Shown here: positions 18,775 through 28,664 of the stretch, in pieces
How positions within the stretch are numbered: position 1 is the first letter of the stretch
How the letters are laid out: each line of letters begins with the position of its first letter
Source: a virus
Taxonomy: Duplodnaviria; Caudoviricetes
IMG/VR virus record: IMGVR_UViG_3300037067_008637
Span: 28,041-92,040 of that record
Reading direction: 5' to 3' (one strand)
Length of the DNA: 64,000 nt
Translations under genes and position numbers: made by a program
Notes under the pieces: generated by a model
What the model was told of the DNA's origin: nothing
Databases searched by the model: none
Seen by the model: only the letters and a program-made list of their open reading frames with translations

Positions 18775-19834
18775 AGTTCTCTCCTTCATGAGATATTGCT
18801 TCCATTCCAATTTCAAGATACTCGCTTCTTTCGTCTTCGGGAATGTTTTCGATTTCGAGAAGCTTTCTCATTTGTTCTTCGATTGTCATTCCAGTTGTAA
18901 TACCGCGCAACTCTTCTTCGGCTTCATAGATATCTACCAACTGGGCATGACTCTCTACCATGGAAGCAACTTCTTTAGGAACATTCGCTATTTTCTTCTT
19001 AACAATAATGTGATGTCCATCTTCTTTTGCTTTATTGAGAGCGTAAGCAAATTCCTCTAAATCAGTTTCTTCATCAAGAACGAGTTCTACATAACGCCGC
19101 CATCCGGTAGTCAAAATTGATTCTTCTGTCATCCTCTCAGAATCAATCACTATAAATCGTTTCTCTTCTCCAGATTCATCTCTGCGTATAGCAATTGGAG
19201 AACCTACATAATACAAAGTGGTTTCATCATTTGATATCATTTGTGGTTTATGATAATGCCCAAGAAACACTTTCTTGAATGGCCTTAGATCATTGATTGT
19301 GATTCCAGTACGAATTGAAATACCACTAGATAAACATCCTTCATTCAATCCGAAATGAGAAACTAATACAGTTACAGGATCTAAACCCTTTTCATATTCA
19401 CTTGATATCACATCATTGATGTTCTTGGAATGAGGAACAAAAAGAATGTGCCCGATTCTAGTAGGCTTCATAATAATAGTTACATTGTTACAAGGTTCAA
19501 GAAGTTGAATTGCACTTTCTTCTTCTTCAACTCTACCAGTAGTTGCATCATGATTTCCATGAACAATATAGAAATAAAGCCGATCCATATATTTCTCTAT
19601 TATTTGACGGAATAGAAGAAAAGCACGAACAGCCACAACTCCCTTTGTATCATTTAGATCTCCACCAATGACAATTGTGTCAATACCATTAGTCACGGCA
19701 TATTCACACATTTGATCAAAAGTATGGAGAATCTCCATCAACTTAACTGGAAGCCCTGTATCTGTATACTCCTTATCTGTCCATAATTTCAAATGCAAAT
19801 CCGCTGTAAATATGAATTTGTGATCTAATGGCAT
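18767..19834 (-). CDS. sbcD: SbcD/Mre11/gp47-like nuclease
   Basis: ADLH, GGDLND, GNHD, SH, GHYH phosphoesterase motifs next to SbcC. Confidence 0.92.
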   Translation of the reverse strand: MPLDHKFIFTADLHLKLWTDKEYTDTGLPVKLMEILHTFDQMCEYAVTNGIDTIVIGGDLNDTKGVVAVRAFLLFRQIIEKYMDRLYFYIVHGNHDATTGRVEEEESAIQLLEPCNNVTIIMKPTRIGHILFVPHSKNINDVISSEYEKGLDPVTVLVSHFGLNEGCLSSGISIRTGITINDLRPFKKVFLGHYHKPQMISNDETTLYYVGSPIAIRRDESGEEKRFIVIDSERMTEESILTTGWRRYVELVLDEETDLEEFAYALNKAKEDGHHIIVKKKIANVPKEVASMVESHAQLVDIYEAEEELRGITTGMTIEEQMRKLLEIENIPEDERSEYLEIGMEAISHEGENYD

Positions 19835-19863
19835 AATTTTCTCCTAATACTCTTTTGAAACTT

Positions 19864-20298
19864 TCATTCTTGATCGAGTTGCTGTATCACATCGCTTAGC
19901 AATTTGTCTTTTTGCGCTTCTTCAATTAACGGCAGAATTTCATCAGAAAATCTAGATATCACCGCATTGAGAAATTTATCTGAATATGAAAAGGTACTGT
20001 CGCTGAACCGAAAATACCCATTACTAGTTGAAGAGATAGATAACATTTTTTTCGGTGGTGAGGTTGATGTATTTATCACGTTCAATTCCTCATTGTTAGA
20101 AATTGTAACCGTAATAACATATTTCAGTTCAAACTCTTGTATGACTTGTTCTAGATTCTCTTTGAGTTTTTCTAATCTGACAAAAGATTTTGCCCTAATA
20201 TCTAAGCGAATCTTCTGTTTGGCCATTGTTTTTTGAATAATTCTTTCAGAAATCGTTAACTCTTCTTTATCATGATTGTTTTTGTTAAACCATCTCAT
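19864..20298 (-). CDS. Hypothetical protein
   Basis: ORF with AGGAG RBS. Confidence 0.55.
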   Translation of the reverse strand: MRWFNKNNHDKEELTISERIIQKTMAKQKIRLDIRAKSFVRLEKLKENLEQVIQEFELKYVITVTISNNEELNVINTSTSPPKKMLSISSTSNGYFRFSDSTFSYSDKFLNAVISRFSDEILPLIEEAQKDKLLSDVIQQLDQE

Positions 20299-20319
20299 AA
20301 TTTTCTCCTGTTTTCAGTT

Positions 20320-20634
20320 TCAAAACGGGGACGGTCCATCATCTTCTTCCCCATGCGTATGTTGTTGGGGAACCACACTATTTTCAGCCGCCTGATAGAA
20401 TTCGATTAATATTTGACGAAGATAATAACAGCAAGAGAGTGTTAAATCTATCATCATATAAACAACCAAATTCACCAAGCCATATAGCATTACTACAGTC
20501 GCACCTAGGAATGCCAATTTAGAATGTTCCATAAGTGAAAATGCTGAGAATATATAACCTGTAATGAAGATAGATGCATATATAAGGATCTTTGATCCAA
20601 CACTCTGTTTAACTTGCCCATTTTCATTTGCCAC
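20320..20634 (-). CDS. Hypothetical membrane protein
   Basis: Two hydrophobic segments. Confidence 0.55.
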   Translation of the reverse strand: MANENGQVKQSVGSKILIYASIFITGYIFSAFSLMEHSKLAFLGATVVMLYGLVNLVVYMMIDLTLSCCYYLRQILIEFYQAAENSVVPQQHTHGEEDDGPSPF

Positions 20635-20941
20635 TGTCTTCCATCTCCTTTTTATATAATTGGAATGATTCTATTTTTCGAATGATACTATCATTATCAT
20701 CCCTTGTAGTTAGATATCCAACGAAATTACTTGAATATGGATCACAATCCGCAAGTCTTAATGAATGAGGCATTGCAGTTAATCCGACTACTTCTTGATA
20801 ATGTTCAAGTCCGCCAGATGCTGTAATATCATACAGTGCCCAAACAAGAACATCCTGTATTAGAGGTTCACCATCCATTGGATCTATAAACAATGCTCTT
20901 GTTCCTGGCAATGCTTGTACTACTTGCTTTAGCGTCTTCAT
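20624..20941 (-). CDS. Hypothetical protein
   Basis: Translationally coupled ORF. Confidence 0.5.
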   Translation of the reverse strand: MKTLKQVVQALPGTRALFIDPMDGEPLIQDVLVWALYDITASGGLEHYQEVVGLTAMPHSLRLADCDPYSSNFVGYLTTRDDNDSIIRKIESFQLYKKEMEDSGK

Positions 20942-21375
20942 ATCTTTCCTACTTCAACAGCTATATTCTTAGAAGATGCTTTCATTTCCTTAGAATATAC
21001 TTCTGCTTTCTTATTAATGTTTTCAATTACTTGTCCAATAATTGCACCGGCTTGAACTCTTACATGTCTGGGCATAAATGTGATAGGTGAAAGAAGTCCG
21101 TACTTTCCTTTGTCTGAATCCTTTCCATTATCCGAAGATACTTCTCGACAAACAAGTTTCCAATCATTTTTCAATTTACAAAATCCAAACTTGTATTGCT
21201 TCTTATCAGGAGAACCGATTGTATCATTTGCCCAAGCAGTTACTCCTAAATTCATATTAGCCAATTTTTGTTCGATTTGTATAAATTCATTATTCAAAAC
21301 TTCACTATTTACTTGAAGATCCTCAGCGATCTTTTCCAATCGTTCCTTGCTATCTCCTAAACTAAATGAAAACAC
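20938..21375 (-). CDS. Hypothetical protein
   Basis: GTG start with AAGGAG RBS. Confidence 0.5.
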   Translation of the reverse strand: MFSFSLGDSKERLEKIAEDLQVNSEVLNNEFIQIEQKLANMNLGVTAWANDTIGSPDKKQYKFGFCKLKNDWKLVCREVSSDNGKDSDKGKYGLLSPITFMPRHVRVQAGAIIGQVIENINKKAEVYSKEMKASSKNIAVEVGKI

Positions 21376-21386
21376 TTGACTTCTCC

Positions 21387-22349
21387 TTATTCATCCTCCG
21401 AAGCAAGCTGCGCCGCGGAGCAAATTGTAACAGCGATCTCTCCGCCGTCTTCACCCTTAATTGGTACACTAGCATTCAATCGAATGACTACAGAGGGAAC
21501 ATCCTCACTACGTCTATGAAACACTTCCGACTGAATTTCTTCAACTTCACCGCACAAGAAATTAAGAAATGCTTGGATATTAAACGGAGCAATCAGATTG
21601 TTAATACTTGTGTCATCCAACTCATCATCCAATTCAGTCAACAGAATTTCAGTACTCTTTGTACTATCCAACGCCTGAATTTGAAAGCACGCCTTGTCTC
21701 CATTAAATAGAATTCTCAATACAGGAGACGCTAATACCTTAGCATAGGTGAGCAACCGAGAAAGAATGATCTTATCAAACTTGTAAGAAAACACTCGGCG
21801 AGAACTATCTAATGCAATTCGCGTATCCATCGACGTATCAGACATCCACTCATTATTCTGCTGAATGTACTCTTGAACTGGCATACTCAATTTGATCTTA
21901 GTAAGTGAATCCCTAAACACATATCCATCTGGACATATATCAAGAAACACATTTACACACTGTTTCTTAAATGGCTCAAGCAATTCCAATTTGGACTCAA
22001 GTCCACTAATCAACATACTAGCGTTGCCAAGAATCGGAGTAAGATCTGCAATAAATACCATAGACTTCTTATCATTTAATTGACAAATCTTTCCTTCTTT
22101 AATCGTCAGATCCGTACAACTTCCATTTCCTTTTACAATCTTCAAAATGGTTAAGAACGTGGAAAAACGTTCTTTATCAAGCGTGATTGTTCTGGTGTCA
22201 TTTGAATTAATAACGGTTTGAACAGGAACCAACTCTTCGGCTTCATATGTCGAAGTTTCTGCTGCATCTGGATCAAACATACTTTCATCAAACAGATTTT
22301 CAGAATCTTCCAATCCTACTAACTCATCAAGATTTTCATTGTCTGGCAT
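21387..22349 (-). CDS. Possible DNA sliding clamp (PCNA/gp45-like)
   Basis: Size, repeated helix-strand pattern (F..FL.IL...DL.I..GKI.Q.ND) and replication context; inference only. Confidence 0.4.
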   Translation of the reverse strand: MPDNENLDELVGLEDSENLFDESMFDPDAAETSTYEAEELVPVQTVINSNDTRTITLDKERFSTFLTILKIVKGNGSCTDLTIKEGKICQLNDKKSMVFIADLTPILGNASMLISGLESKLELLEPFKKQCVNVFLDICPDGYVFRDSLTKIKLSMPVQEYIQQNNEWMSDTSMDTRIALDSSRRVFSYKFDKIILSRLLTYAKVLASPVLRILFNGDKACFQIQALDSTKSTEILLTELDDELDDTSINNLIAPFNIQAFLNFLCGEVEEIQSEVFHRRSEDVPSVVIRLNASVPIKGEDGGEIAVTICSAAQLASEDE

Positions 22350-22364
22350 GTAATGTCTCCTCGG

Positions 22365-23099
22365 TTAATACCCAACTATATTCAGCAACCACACTGGTTT
22401 TTGATCATTGTCATATACTCTCTTTATATCATATCTTCCATTGAAAACTTTGTCAACATTTGTTAGAATCATTGATTCCAAAGGAAGCCATTCTTCCGCA
22501 CCTATTTTTCGCCAAGAAATATTTCTAATTTCAGATTGAGTTGCTGTTAATTGAATTGGAAGTTTTTCTCTAGAAATATGTTCGGCCGCAGATGCTTCTG
22601 CTTTAAGAATTTCAAGTACGGAAAGATATTCAGATGCAATATTGCAAAAATCTGAAATTTCCCCTTGGTTTAAATCACAAGTAGCAAACGCGGTATCGGT
22701 TTCCCACACAGAAATCCTACCAATGATTACACCAAGATACTCCAATGATTTACAAAACTTCTTCAATAGAAAATAACACATGTTTTCTGCAGTCGGATTA
22801 TCGGACACTGCATAAGCTCTATTACCTTTTAACCAACCCAACTTTACAACATCCAGATCCGATTGATTGTATATTAGAGCATGATCCCAATTTTCATCAA
22901 TCCATGTTCCAAGAGTTTTCTTAATTACACTGAAATCAACTAGACGTCCTACTGAATCTAATTTCGGTCCAAATGCAGTTACTTCAACCACATAGGAGTG
23001 GCCATGAATACTACTGCATCTTCCTTCATGCCCAACCAAACGATGGGCACACTCAAATTTAAGTTGTTTTGTACAAGATATTGTCATATTAGACATCAT
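22365..23099 (-). CDS. queD: 6-carboxytetrahydropterin synthase QueD with C-terminal extension
   Basis: FECAHRL, C..IHGHSY, VDFS, WDHA, NPTAEN, WET. Confidence 0.9.
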   Translation of the reverse strand: MMSNMTISCTKQLKFECAHRLVGHEGRCSSIHGHSYVVEVTAFGPKLDSVGRLVDFSVIKKTLGTWIDENWDHALIYNQSDLDVVKLGWLKGNRAYAVSDNPTAENMCYFLLKKFCKSLEYLGVIIGRISVWETDTAFATCDLNQGEISDFCNIASEYLSVLEILKAEASAAEHISREKLPIQLTATQSEIRNISWRKIGAEEWLPLESMILTNVDKVFNGRYDIKRVYDNDQKPVWLLNIVGY

Positions 23100-23111
23100 A
23101 ACATTACATCC

Positions 23112-24536
23112 TCATTTACCTTTGTGAACTTTGATTTCCCATCCTTTTGTTTCATAGAATTCCATACGCTTTAAAGCAGATCGCTCGAACCATGTACTAG
23201 GTGTTCTTGCTCCATCTATCCAAACATCCACAGAAGGACCGTCTGTATCAACTACATCAATTACAATTGGCTGGCTTTTCCCTTGTAATTCTCGTAAGAT
23301 TCTACCGACAGCTTGCTCTGGATTACTAGTAGGTGTAGCCATTACCAAAACATCCAAATCTTTCCGATTGTTACCATCTCGACATGCTCCATATGTCGAA
23401 AATACAACTTGTTTGGTTTTGAATGCTTCGGTTAAATCCCTAGTATCAGATAGAGCATCCACTTGCTTAAAATATTCTTTGACAATTGCGCCCGGTATAA
23501 AAATACCAACGTGCTCGGGAGGAAGATCGCATTCCTTTGCTAATCTCAATAGAGGTTTAATCTCTTTCCCAAGAACTAATACAACTCTTCCTGCTTTATA
23601 TGCTTTCACAATCCAAGTGGATAAGGTTGTATGATACTTATCACATTTCAATACCATCTTGTGATATCTGGCTAGACTGAAATTACCACCCCATGACAAA
23701 TATTGCCTATGCTTTTTGTAAATTCCAAATGGAAAATATACCATGTGAACAGCCGGATTAAGCAATTCGTTTTTCTCAGGGGGAAAGTAAGTTACTTCTC
23801 CTACATGCTTTACCAATATATCATTCATTCCGTCACTTCTAGAAGGCGTTGCACTTAATCCATATGTTCGTTTCGCATTCACAAACAATGAGGCTTTGGA
23901 AAATTTAGTGGGCCCAACGACTGCATGAATTTCATCTACCAGCATTATCCCAATTTTCGCCTTAGCTAATGTCTTTAAAAACTCCACATTTCTCTTCTTA
24001 ACGGCATTGGCTATAACATGAGGAGTAGATAGAATGATCTTCTTTTTCAAACATTCTTTATAATTGTCCGAACTCAATCTTCCTATATCTTCCTCTTTTA
24101 AATTGGTAAACTGAAGAAATTCTGCTTTCCATCCATCTTCAAGAAGCTTATCCTTGTGTGCAAATATAATTGCTCTCTTCTTTACAGTAGCAATCGTTGC
24201 AACAGCAATAACGGTTTTACCACTACCCGGTTCCAATCTCAATATTCCCTTAAGATTGTTTACTAGAAAATCAATTGATTTCTGTTGACGTTCATTTCTG
24301 GGAACTACTGTATGTTCTATCTCTATATCTTCACCTTCAGATGACTTATCTATTATCTCATCGTTTACTGGATAATATCGGGGAATAAGAATTCCCGTTT
24401 TGAGTTCCTCATAGAATACGAGATTCTCCGTGCCACCATCCCATGTGGAAACATAACGATTTAGATCCTGCTTAATCGCATCATATTCTGGATGATCATT
24501 AGGAACCATTATTCCGGAAGTTTTAACCAGCGACAT
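23112..24536 (-). CDS. Superfamily 2 helicase (UvsW/Res-like)
   Basis: PGSGKT, DEIH, SAT, QAVGRILR. Confidence 0.88.
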   Translation of the reverse strand: MSLVKTSGIMVPNDHPEYDAIKQDLNRYVSTWDGGTENLVFYEELKTGILIPRYYPVNDEIIDKSSEGEDIEIEHTVVPRNERQQKSIDFLVNNLKGILRLEPGSGKTVIAVATIATVKKRAIIFAHKDKLLEDGWKAEFLQFTNLKEEDIGRLSSDNYKECLKKKIILSTPHVIANAVKKRNVEFLKTLAKAKIGIMLVDEIHAVVGPTKFSKASLFVNAKRTYGLSATPSRSDGMNDILVKHVGEVTYFPPEKNELLNPAVHMVYFPFGIYKKHRQYLSWGGNFSLARYHKMVLKCDKYHTTLSTWIVKAYKAGRVVLVLGKEIKPLLRLAKECDLPPEHVGIFIPGAIVKEYFKQVDALSDTRDLTEAFKTKQVVFSTYGACRDGNNRKDLDVLVMATPTSNPEQAVGRILRELQGKSQPIVIDVVDTDGPSVDVWIDGARTPSTWFERSALKRMEFYETKGWEIKVHKGK

Positions 24537-24539
24537 ATA

Positions 24540-24920
24540 TTAGGTATCCATGCAACCAAAAACAATGTGAGGAGTTGAAGTAACAGAAGGAAGTAAATCG
24601 GTTAGGTGTTTTTTCCAACTGGATATTCCAGAAGGTATAACATCCGATTTATCTACAATACAATCATCTTGATTCATTACTCCAACACCAATAACAACAA
24701 AGCTTTCTCCACGAATCGCATATATACCTCTTGGAAGATCTGGAAGCATGAATCTTCCGTATTTGTCTTTTCTGTTTTCCCATTCTCCCTTAGAAGAAAT
24801 TCCTAATGCATTCCATATATCTGCCTGAGCATCATCCCATTTGTATATAGGAAGTTTCCATCCATATATGACAAAGGATGTAGAACTGCTATTGCTAACA
24901 AAACCTTGTCTGAATTTCAT
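24540..24920 (-). CDS. NSSS-motif family protein 1
   Basis: MKFRQGFVSNSSSTSF. Confidence 0.75.
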   Translation of the reverse strand: MKFRQGFVSNSSSTSFVIYGWKLPIYKWDDAQADIWNALGISSKGEWENRKDKYGRFMLPDLPRGIYAIRGESFVVIGVGVMNQDDCIVDKSDVIPSGISSWKKHLTDLLPSVTSTPHIVFGCMDT

Positions 24921-24931
24921 TTACAATCTCC

Positions 24932-25105
24932 TTAATAGTCAATTTCATCTATACGGTAATCTGTAACCGTCTGTGCTTCATCTATTGCGTCTAACAAATT
25001 ATCAGCTTCCAATTCTACATCACGCTGTTCTCTACTATGGTATGATACATAACTCACATGAAACAATCCGGTTTGATCGTCTAAATACACAGTTGCTGGT
25101 TTCAT
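24932..25105 (-). CDS. Small hypothetical protein (57 aa)
   Basis: Manual translation MKPATVYLDDQTG...; ATGA overlap with the topoisomerase stop; fills the gap exactly. Confidence 0.5.
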   Translation of the reverse strand: MKPATVYLDDQTGLFHVSYVSYHSREQRDVELEADNLLDAIDEAQTVTDYRIDEIDY

Positions 25106-26439
25106 AACTTAGCCAAAAGCTCCTTGTAACTGTCAGTTGTAACAGTATTGATATTTCCTAATTGTGTAGTGTAATCTGCAATCTTTTGTTTAGCATCTGT
25201 AATATCCGTATTTACAGTGAGCAGTTTACGAATTTTGTATTTGTCAACAACATCGCGAACTTGTTCTTCTTTTAGCTTAGCACAATTGGCTAACCCTACT
25301 ATTATTTTGTCCACATCAGGTATTGACAGAAATTTGGGAAGGTGGGGTTTAATTGCTGCAATAACGGATAGTTCATCTACAACATCTTGAGTTTCTTGAA
25401 TTTTTCGAGTCGCGTGGGCAGAAATAACTTTTTGATAAAACAGATAAGTATTCATTAACATATCATCGACACAAGTATTGACAATGTTGTCTTTTTCATC
25501 TACCACATAAATATCATACGTAATAGATCCTTGCAATCTATCTTCGACTGCTTCAACCAATTTGTCAAATATATCTTGTCGATTTCTTGCTCTGGATACT
25601 TCAAATCTTATCTTTGTTCCTACTGACGCACTCGACTCATCTAAGAAAGTAACGTCTCCCTTACTAATAAGATCCCATTGCTTGTATGTGTCAATTCGAT
25701 TAAACAGATTATCAAATGTAGTCTTTGGGGACCAACCATGAATATAAACACGGAAGTTTGTTTTGTCTACACTGTAAGTCCCCATTAGATCAACTTTACA
25801 TTTTCCAGGAGTAGTTAGTAAGGTTTTCAAAGTTTCCTTATCAGAGGTGATTGTACAACCCTGAATATTTGGAACAATGACTGGTTCCTTTTTCTTTTCT
25901 CCAAGAAGAAACAACAATCGAGTGATTAAGTCTGATAACTTATAATTTGGAATTTCTGTCTTGAATCCAAATCCAATCATGCTCATCCCATACATGAGAA
26001 ATAAACAAAATGGAATCATAGTAGGTAACACTACAGGCTCGGGATCCAATTCATCAGATTCCCAAGGAACATCCTTAATATATTTGAATGCCAATTCCTC
26101 AACAAAAGGATGCATCTTCAATCCTGTGTAGCGAGGAGCGGCGCAAGACATCGTGCATGAACCAATTCTAACACCCCAATTTCCTTTACCGACAATCAAA
26201 GCATTATGTACCAATAGTTCAGCAGTGCCTTGAATTGCTTCGGAATGTGGATGCCAATGTCCAATTACATATCCAAATATTTGAGCCGACTTTTTGAATT
26301 CACTTTTTGCAATGACATGTGTACCTAAAAGGATTCTTCTCCAAACAGGAACAAGTCCATCTAACATATGGGGAAACATTTTTCGGCGGCATACATAATC
26401 TCCATATGTTTTGTATAACTGAGGAATCAATGTTTGCAT
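25102..26439 (-). CDS. Type IIA topoisomerase subunit A (GyrA/ParC/gp52-like, no C-terminal domain)
   Basis: DGLVPVWRRIL, WHPHS, catalytic AAPRYT. Confidence 0.9.
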   Translation of the reverse strand: MQTLIPQLYKTYGDYVCRRKMFPHMLDGLVPVWRRILLGTHVIAKSEFKKSAQIFGYVIGHWHPHSEAIQGTAELLVHNALIVGKGNWGVRIGSCTMSCAAPRYTGLKMHPFVEELAFKYIKDVPWESDELDPEPVVLPTMIPFCLFLMYGMSMIGFGFKTEIPNYKLSDLITRLLFLLGEKKKEPVIVPNIQGCTITSDKETLKTLLTTPGKCKVDLMGTYSVDKTNFRVYIHGWSPKTTFDNLFNRIDTYKQWDLISKGDVTFLDESSASVGTKIRFEVSRARNRQDIFDKLVEAVEDRLQGSITYDIYVVDEKDNIVNTCVDDMLMNTYLFYQKVISAHATRKIQETQDVVDELSVIAAIKPHLPKFLSIPDVDKIIVGLANCAKLKEEQVRDVVDKYKIRKLLTVNTDITDAKQKIADYTTQLGNINTVTTDSYKELLAKL

Positions 26440-26455
26440 ATCACTTCCTTTTGTC

Positions 26456-28258
26456 TCAAGACAATGTCCATTCACCCATTACAAGTTGCTTTCTCGCTTC
26501 TGCGCTGGACATTAAATCAAAGAGTTTTTCTTTATGTTCTTCACACCATTGGACTTGAATCAATCTGCGGGTACTGTTATCCATGGCTACATATTTCAAA
26601 TCATTAGCATCAAACTCCCCAAGTCCTTTAAATCTCATTAAGGTATACTTAGAATTTCTGATGTCATCAATTTCTTTTTGTGTCCAAAGTGGTATGAATT
26701 TTTTATCTTTCTTGTACCCATACAACGGAGTGCTGCATACATACAATCGTCCTGCCTTAACCACAGGAGGCATTTTGTAAGCGAACAGTGTTATTAGTAG
26801 AGATGTAATCCAATGTCCTGCAGGATCCGCATCCGCTGCTAATATGATTTTACTATATCTTAGATTACGAACATCACACTGAGCTTCAATTCCACAACCG
26901 CATGCAATGATTATATCTTTCAATTCTTTATTTGTATGAAAATCCTTTTTGGTTATCGCATTGGGAATAACGCCTTGCAATCCAAGAATCGCGTGGACCT
27001 TTGGATCGCGAGCCATTACCAAATTGCCACCAGCAGAATCTCCTTCACAAATAATAAGCTCTCCACCTATCTCTGTACAATCGTGCAGTTTAGTCAGTGT
27101 TGTCATTCCTCTCTTTTTAGAAGAAGTACTTTTCACACCGACTAAAGACTTATTAGTAATTGCTGCTCTGTAATTATGAAATCTCTCTAAAAGCTCATCT
27201 AATTCTTCTTTGTGTTCTTTGAAATATGCTATCAATTTAGTTTTGAAACTATCTAACATAGCCAAATCAGATCTAGAAGAAAGACGATCTTTTACTTGTT
27301 CTGCAAATGCTGCTGATACGATTCTCAAATCAATATATAAACGAAGTCCGGTAAGAGAATCGTTTGCTTGAAATGTGAAACTTTTTCCGGCTGCATCTTG
27401 AAAGAATTCTCTAATTACTTTTAACACATGATTGATGTGAGCACCGGATTCCACACGGCAAAGATTGACAGTTGTAAAACATTTTTGAGACGCAGGAGGT
27501 TTATCATCCCATGCCACACGAATGTCATACCCTTCTTGCCCTTTGGTTTCTGTAAACTTTAACCAAGTAACGCCATTCCCGATGTAATTTAAAATCAAAT
27601 CATCTACGCTTCCTTCAATTACTCTATCCTCTCCATCTACTCGAAACACAACTTTGAGCTTAGGAAAGTTAGCGACAGCAATACGTAGGCGTTCCTCAAT
27701 TCGTTTGAGATCCACTTTTGTATCTGTGAAATATTTGGTAGACGGTTTGACTTCTATTTTTGTTGAGAACGGCTTCTTGTCTTTGTGAACTTCTTCTGTT
27801 CTGTCAATTGACCCATCATGCTTAAACATATACATTGCATGCTTATTATCTCGAAAGATATCAACATTCATATATTCGCTTAATGCATATACCGCACTCA
27901 ATCCAACTCCATGTAATCCTACAGCAATACCATATGCGTTATCTGAGCCTTTCTGAAATTTACCAGAAGTGAACAGTTTTGTGCAAGCCATGATAGGAGG
28001 ATCTTTATCGAGTGGAAGAGATTGATCAAATGGAAACCCGCGACCATTGTCTAATACCTTAAAATTCTTTTCTTTGGTGTCAACAAACACACCAACGATT
28101 GTAGCGAAATTGTTTTGAACTTCATCTAATGAATTATCCAATACTTCTTCAAGAAGTCTTGTTGCTGTTTCTGCATCTCCTACATACATTCCACTGTGTT
28201 TACGCAGATGATCAATTTCACTCATCTGCACAATTGATGACGCATCATAATGTGCCAT
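26456..28258 (-). CDS. Type IIA topoisomerase subunit B (GyrB/ParE-like)
   Basis: EVLDNSLDE, DNGRG, GLHGVG, EGDSA, DADP, RFKGLGE. Confidence 0.93.
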   Translation of the reverse strand: MAHYDASSIVQMSEIDHLRKHSGMYVGDAETATRLLEEVLDNSLDEVQNNFATIVGVFVDTKEKNFKVLDNGRGFPFDQSLPLDKDPPIMACTKLFTSGKFQKGSDNAYGIAVGLHGVGLSAVYALSEYMNVDIFRDNKHAMYMFKHDGSIDRTEEVHKDKKPFSTKIEVKPSTKYFTDTKVDLKRIEERLRIAVANFPKLKVVFRVDGEDRVIEGSVDDLILNYIGNGVTWLKFTETKGQEGYDIRVAWDDKPPASQKCFTTVNLCRVESGAHINHVLKVIREFFQDAAGKSFTFQANDSLTGLRLYIDLRIVSAAFAEQVKDRLSSRSDLAMLDSFKTKLIAYFKEHKEELDELLERFHNYRAAITNKSLVGVKSTSSKKRGMTTLTKLHDCTEIGGELIICEGDSAGGNLVMARDPKVHAILGLQGVIPNAITKKDFHTNKELKDIIIACGCGIEAQCDVRNLRYSKIILAADADPAGHWITSLLITLFAYKMPPVVKAGRLYVCSTPLYGYKKDKKFIPLWTQKEIDDIRNSKYTLMRFKGLGEFDANDLKYVAMDNSTRRLIQVQWCEEHKEKLFDLMSSAEARKQLVMGEWTLS

Positions 28259-28282
28259 AGATCCTCCTAGGCGGCGATGTGA

Positions 28283-28642
28283 CTACATAATTTCTTTGCA
28301 ATTATGATTTTGTAGTTTTTTGAAAAACTCTTCTTCCGATAAGTTACCATATTTCATTTCAGCTTTAGCTAAAATAACGATTAAATCCATTCCCGTTCTT
28401 TCTGTAAAACTTGTACAGGACCAATATCCAAATGGGCAACCATGTCCTAAAATATATTTGATTCCTAAACGAATTCTTTCCCATAGAGTACGACTTACCG
28501 GCAATTGAACTTCCATCCACAATCCTAATTCTTCGTCCTCTTGACTAGTATCATTCGGATTGTAGACAAATCTGATAACGTGTTCCGCACAATCGCAGAC
28601 ACAATCAACATAATATTTCTCAAATGGTTTTAATTGGCTCAT
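28283..28642 (-). CDS. Hypothetical protein
   Basis: ORF with CxC..H motif. Confidence 0.5.
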   Translation of the reverse strand: MSQLKPFEKYYVDCVCDCAEHVIRFVYNPNDTSQEDEELGLWMEVQLPVSRTLWERIRLGIKYILGHGCPFGYWSCTSFTERTGMDLIVILAKAEMKYGNLSEEEFFKKLQNHNCKEIM

Positions 28643-28664
28643 GTCTTTTCCTTAATTGTTTGTA

